A stretch of DNA of 64,000 bases, taken from NCBI GenBank assembly GCA_963790475.1, contig CAWBOS010000013.1, forward strand, positions 352,001 to 416,000. Direction: 5' to 3'. Each line of letters starts with the position of its first letter. Position 1 is the first letter of the stretch. A program made the position numbers and the translations under genes. Source of the DNA: an uncultured delta proteobacterium. Lineage in GTDB: Bacteria > Desulfobacterota > RBG-13-43-22. A model generated the notes under the pieces. That model worked only from the letters and a program-made list of their open reading frames with translations. It did no database searches and was not told the origin of the DNA. Positions 61,016-64,000 of this stretch are shown piece by piece.

Positions 61016-62362
61016 ATGAAAAACCTGCAAGAAGAAACCACCCGATATTGGAATCCGATCCTGGAAAGTCTCCCTCAGGAACAGTTGCGAGCCCTGCAAC
61101 TCAAAAAATTCAAAAGAATTCTGGCTTGGGCCTACGAGCGGTCGAAGTTTCACCGAAAACTTTACCAGGAGGCGGGGCTGGAGCCGGGAGACATCAAAAC
61201 CTACGAAGATGTGGCCCGGGTTCCCAAGGTGGAAAAGGCCATGATGCGGGAGATTCAGAGGAAGACCCCTTTCCCTTATGGGGAGGCCCTTTGCGTCCCT
61301 TTAGAGGAAGTCACCGAATTCAGACAAACCAGCGGAACAACCGGAACCCCCGTGTACCAGCCTGATACCTGGCAAGATTGGGAATGGTGGGCCGAGGCCT
61401 GGGCCACTCTGCTCTATGCCCAGGGGTATCGCCGAAGCGATCGGGTTTTTCTTCCCTTCGGATATAATATCTTTGTGGCCTTTTGGGCCGGCCATTATGG
61501 AGCGGAAAAGCTAGGATGCGAGGTTGTGCCTGGCGGCTTGCTGGACACCGAGACCCGGATATTAAAGATCCAGGAATTAAAAGCTTCGGCGATGATGGCT
61601 ACACCCACCTATGTGTTGGGCATGGCCGACACGGCCCGAAAGAAACTGGGAATCGATCCGGCTAAGGACTTGACCATCCGTAAAATCACCTGCGCCGGCG
61701 AACCCGGAGCTAGTATCCCCTCCACCAAACAGCGGATCGAAGAAGCTTGGGGTGCCAAGGTCTATGATCACGTGGGGGCTACGGAGGTCGGGGCCTGGGG
61801 TTTCGAGTGCTCAGAACAACCGGGCGCACTCCATGTGAACGAGGCCCTCTTTTTGGTGCAACTGGAGGATTTGGCCAGCGGTGCTCTGATTGATGAGCCG
61901 GGCAAGAAGGGGAAGATTGTCATCACGGCCCTGGATCGTATGGCCCAGCCCTGCATCCGATTCGACTCCAAAGATGTGGCCGAATGGACCGATGAGCCCT
62001 GCCCATGCGGGCGAACCTTCAGGATGATCCAGGGCGGTGTCATCGGGCGGTCAGATGATATCACCAAAATCAAAGGCGTTTTGGTAGCCCCTTCGGCCAT
62101 CGAAGAGGTGGTTCGCAGCCAAAAAGGATTAAGTGATGAATTTGAAATCCTGGTGACTAAAAAAGGGGATCTGGATGTGATAACACTGAAGATAGAACTT
62201 CTGCCGGAACAGGAACGGAACCGCGAAGACATTCTTAGACAACTTCAGGATCAGCTGCGTCTCAAAACCAACCTCGGGTATGTCATCGAAGTTCATTTCT
62301 ACCATTCCCTGCCCCGCTATGAGGTAAAAGCCAAACGGTTCAAGGATCTGAGGAAAAAATAA
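61016..62362 (+). CDS. Phenylacetate--CoA ligase family protein
   Basis: QTSGTTGTP, TPTY, AGEPG, GATE, GRSDD, KAKRFKD. Confidence 0.92.
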   Translation: MKNLQEETTRYWNPILESLPQEQLRALQLKKFKRILAWAYERSKFHRKLYQEAGLEPGDIKTYEDVARVPKVEKAMMREIQRKTPFPYGEALCVPLEEVTEFRQTSGTTGTPVYQPDTWQDWEWWAEAWATLLYAQGYRRSDRVFLPFGYNIFVAFWAGHYGAEKLGCEVVPGGLLDTETRILKIQELKASAMMATPTYVLGMADTARKKLGIDPAKDLTIRKITCAGEPGASIPSTKQRIEEAWGAKVYDHVGATEVGAWGFECSEQPGALHVNEALFLVQLEDLASGALIDEPGKKGKIVITALDRMAQPCIRFDSKDVAEWTDEPCPCGRTFRMIQGGVIGRSDDITKIKGVLVAPSAIEEVVRSQKGLSDEFEILVTKKGDLDVITLKIELLPEQERNREDILRQLQDQLRLKTNLGYVIEVHFYHSLPRYEVKAKRFKDLRKK

Positions 62363-62377
62363 AAAAAAGGAAATCGA

Positions 62378-62560
62378 ATGGATCGTCAAACGATGGAAAA
62401 AATGGCCGCGGGAATCCGGTCCATCCGTGAAGAAGCGGAAGTCTTGAAAAGGCTATCGGAAGGGATTCAGGCTGTGGAGCGGAACGCCGATCGGATTTTG
62501 GCCTCAGTGAAGATGCTGGAGATCAATGTCTCTGATCTTCTTCTGCCGGACTATTGCTAA
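62378..62560 (+). CDS. Small hypothetical protein (60 aa)
   Basis: aagg RBS; QAVERNADRILASVKMLEINVSD; directly after the CoA ligase. Confidence 0.7.
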   Translation: MDRQTMEKMAAGIRSIREEAEVLKRLSEGIQAVERNADRILASVKMLEINVSDLLLPDYC

Positions 62561-62698
62561 GAAATTGTTTTAGCGCAGGGTGACCAAATCCCTTTTTCCG
62601 GATTCCGACCAAAAGCCTAGCGGAACGACATAGAGGAGCCTTAGCCTGTTATTAAAAAGATTAGCGGTTAATCACCGACATCTATAAGGAGGATAATT

Positions 62699-63976
62699 AT
62701 GAAGGCAAAACGTTTAGCTGTCTGGGTATGGTCCTGTTTTTTTATCATCATCTTTTTTTCAACTTCTTTCCTCTACGCTGCCGCTAAACCCATTATTATT
62801 GGTGCCCCTTTGCCGACAGCCTTTGTCGAAGGTTGGGGCGCGGAAAGAGCCATGCGCCTAGCCATAGAGGAAATCAATGGCAAAGGGGGGGTTACCGTAG
62901 GTGGGGTCAAACGTCCTTTCGAACTGGCAGTCATGGATACCCGGGATCTGGAAGCCGGTGTCCCGGTCAGCGACGCCCTACTGACGGTTGAAAAGCTTAT
63001 TTTGGAAAAGAAGGCCGACTTTATTCTGGGCGGCCCAGCACGTTCCGAAGCCGGCTTGGCCGCCATGGATCTTTTGTCCAAGTATAAGAAGATTTCCATC
63101 CTAACCACCGGGGTCCTGACTCCCAAGTATAATGAACGGGTGGCTGAAGAATATAACAAATTTAAATATTGTTTCCGGATTACTAGTGAGGTCAAATGGC
63201 TGGTCGGCGGTGAAATGATCCCTTCCCTGATAGAATTAGGAAAGATACATAAACTGGACAAATTATTTGTCATGGTTCAAGATGTGGCTCATGCTCGGGC
63301 TGCCGGAGAATTGATTGCCAAAACCATGACCGGCAAAGGCTGGACGGTGCTGGGTAAGCCGGAAATCTTCCCAACGGGAACCACAGACTTTTCCATGGGT
63401 TTATTAAATGCCAAAAAAGAAGGGGCCCAGGTTCTCCTGGTCTGGATGGATATGCCCGAGGCCTCGATTTTGCTCAAGCAATGGTATGATTTAAAGATTC
63501 CAGCCGTTCCCTTCGGGTTTATCTCGGCTGCCGAACAGCCGGAATTCTGGAAGTCTACCAATGGGAAAGGGGAGTTTTGTATAGCCAATGTGGTCAACGC
63601 CGGCAATGCCCCTTCCCAGGCCACTCCCTGGACCATGAAATTTTATAATGCCTACACCAAGAGATGGAAAATCGAACCGGAAGGCTATGGGGTCTCCAGC
63701 AGCTATATGGCCGTTTATGCCTTGAAAGAAGCCATCGAAAGGGCCAGGACCCTGGATTCGGATGCCTTAGTCAATGCCCTGGAAAAAACCGATATCATGG
63801 GGGTTTACGGCCGCATTCGTTTCGATGCCAAGTCCCATCAGGTCATCCCCAACATGGACCCCAAAGAAGGGGCCGTGGGCACCATCTTTCAATGGCAGAA
63901 GGGCAAGCGGGTAGTGGTCTTTCCTCCCAAGATCGCCACCGGTCAGATCCTGCTACCGCCTTGGATGAAGAAATAA
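62699..63976 (+). CDS. ABC transporter substrate-binding protein (LivK/periplasmic binding protein type 1)
   Basis: Signal peptide, LAIEEINGKGG, GTTDFS, GVYGRIRFD; aggagg RBS. Confidence 0.92.
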   Translation: MKAKRLAVWVWSCFFIIIFFSTSFLYAAAKPIIIGAPLPTAFVEGWGAERAMRLAIEEINGKGGVTVGGVKRPFELAVMDTRDLEAGVPVSDALLTVEKLILEKKADFILGGPARSEAGLAAMDLLSKYKKISILTTGVLTPKYNERVAEEYNKFKYCFRITSEVKWLVGGEMIPSLIELGKIHKLDKLFVMVQDVAHARAAGELIAKTMTGKGWTVLGKPEIFPTGTTDFSMGLLNAKKEGAQVLLVWMDMPEASILLKQWYDLKIPAVPFGFISAAEQPEFWKSTNGKGEFCIANVVNAGNAPSQATPWTMKFYNAYTKRWKIEPEGYGVSSSYMAVYALKEAIERARTLDSDALVNALEKTDIMGVYGRIRFDAKSHQVIPNMDPKEGAVGTIFQWQKGKRVVVFPPKIATGQILLPPWMKK

Positions 63977-64000
63977 CAATTTCAAAACGATCCTTGATCT

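Overview
A 64 kb chromosomal segment of an anaerobic bacterium. Gene content and synteny (acpS-nnr-CBS-tsaE-lysC-cimA, hemC-cobA/hemD, FmdB zinc ribbons, paired CoA transferases) point to Desulfobacterota/'Deltaproteobacteria'; this is an inference. Housekeeping blocks alternate with small accessory or decaying patches: about 14.3-24.9 kb, 42.5-47.1 kb (duplicated diguanylate cyclases plus CheB and HD-GYP remnants) and 58.5-59.8 kb (NUDIX gene plus dcd, serine-hydrolase and IS91 scraps). An acyl-CoA catabolic cluster fills 52.8-64 kb. I saw no rRNA, tRNA or CRISPR array. Several conserved genes carry single-base frameshifts that may be assembly errors. Most notable: (i) an intact PurF paralogue whose glutaminase catalytic residues and Fe-S cysteines are all replaced while the PRPP loop is kept; (ii) about a dozen intergenic 7/8-mer tandem arrays, mostly as inverted pairs, each with a different unit, plus MITE/REP-like elements; (iii) a DUF1998 helicase fused to a DEDD exonuclease (MrfA-MrfB-like); (iv) a Rex with a degenerate NAD-binding motif; (v) two alpha-only acyl-CoA synthetases beside a BbsEF-like CoA transferase pair. 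All calls come from motif recognition by eye; no searches were run.
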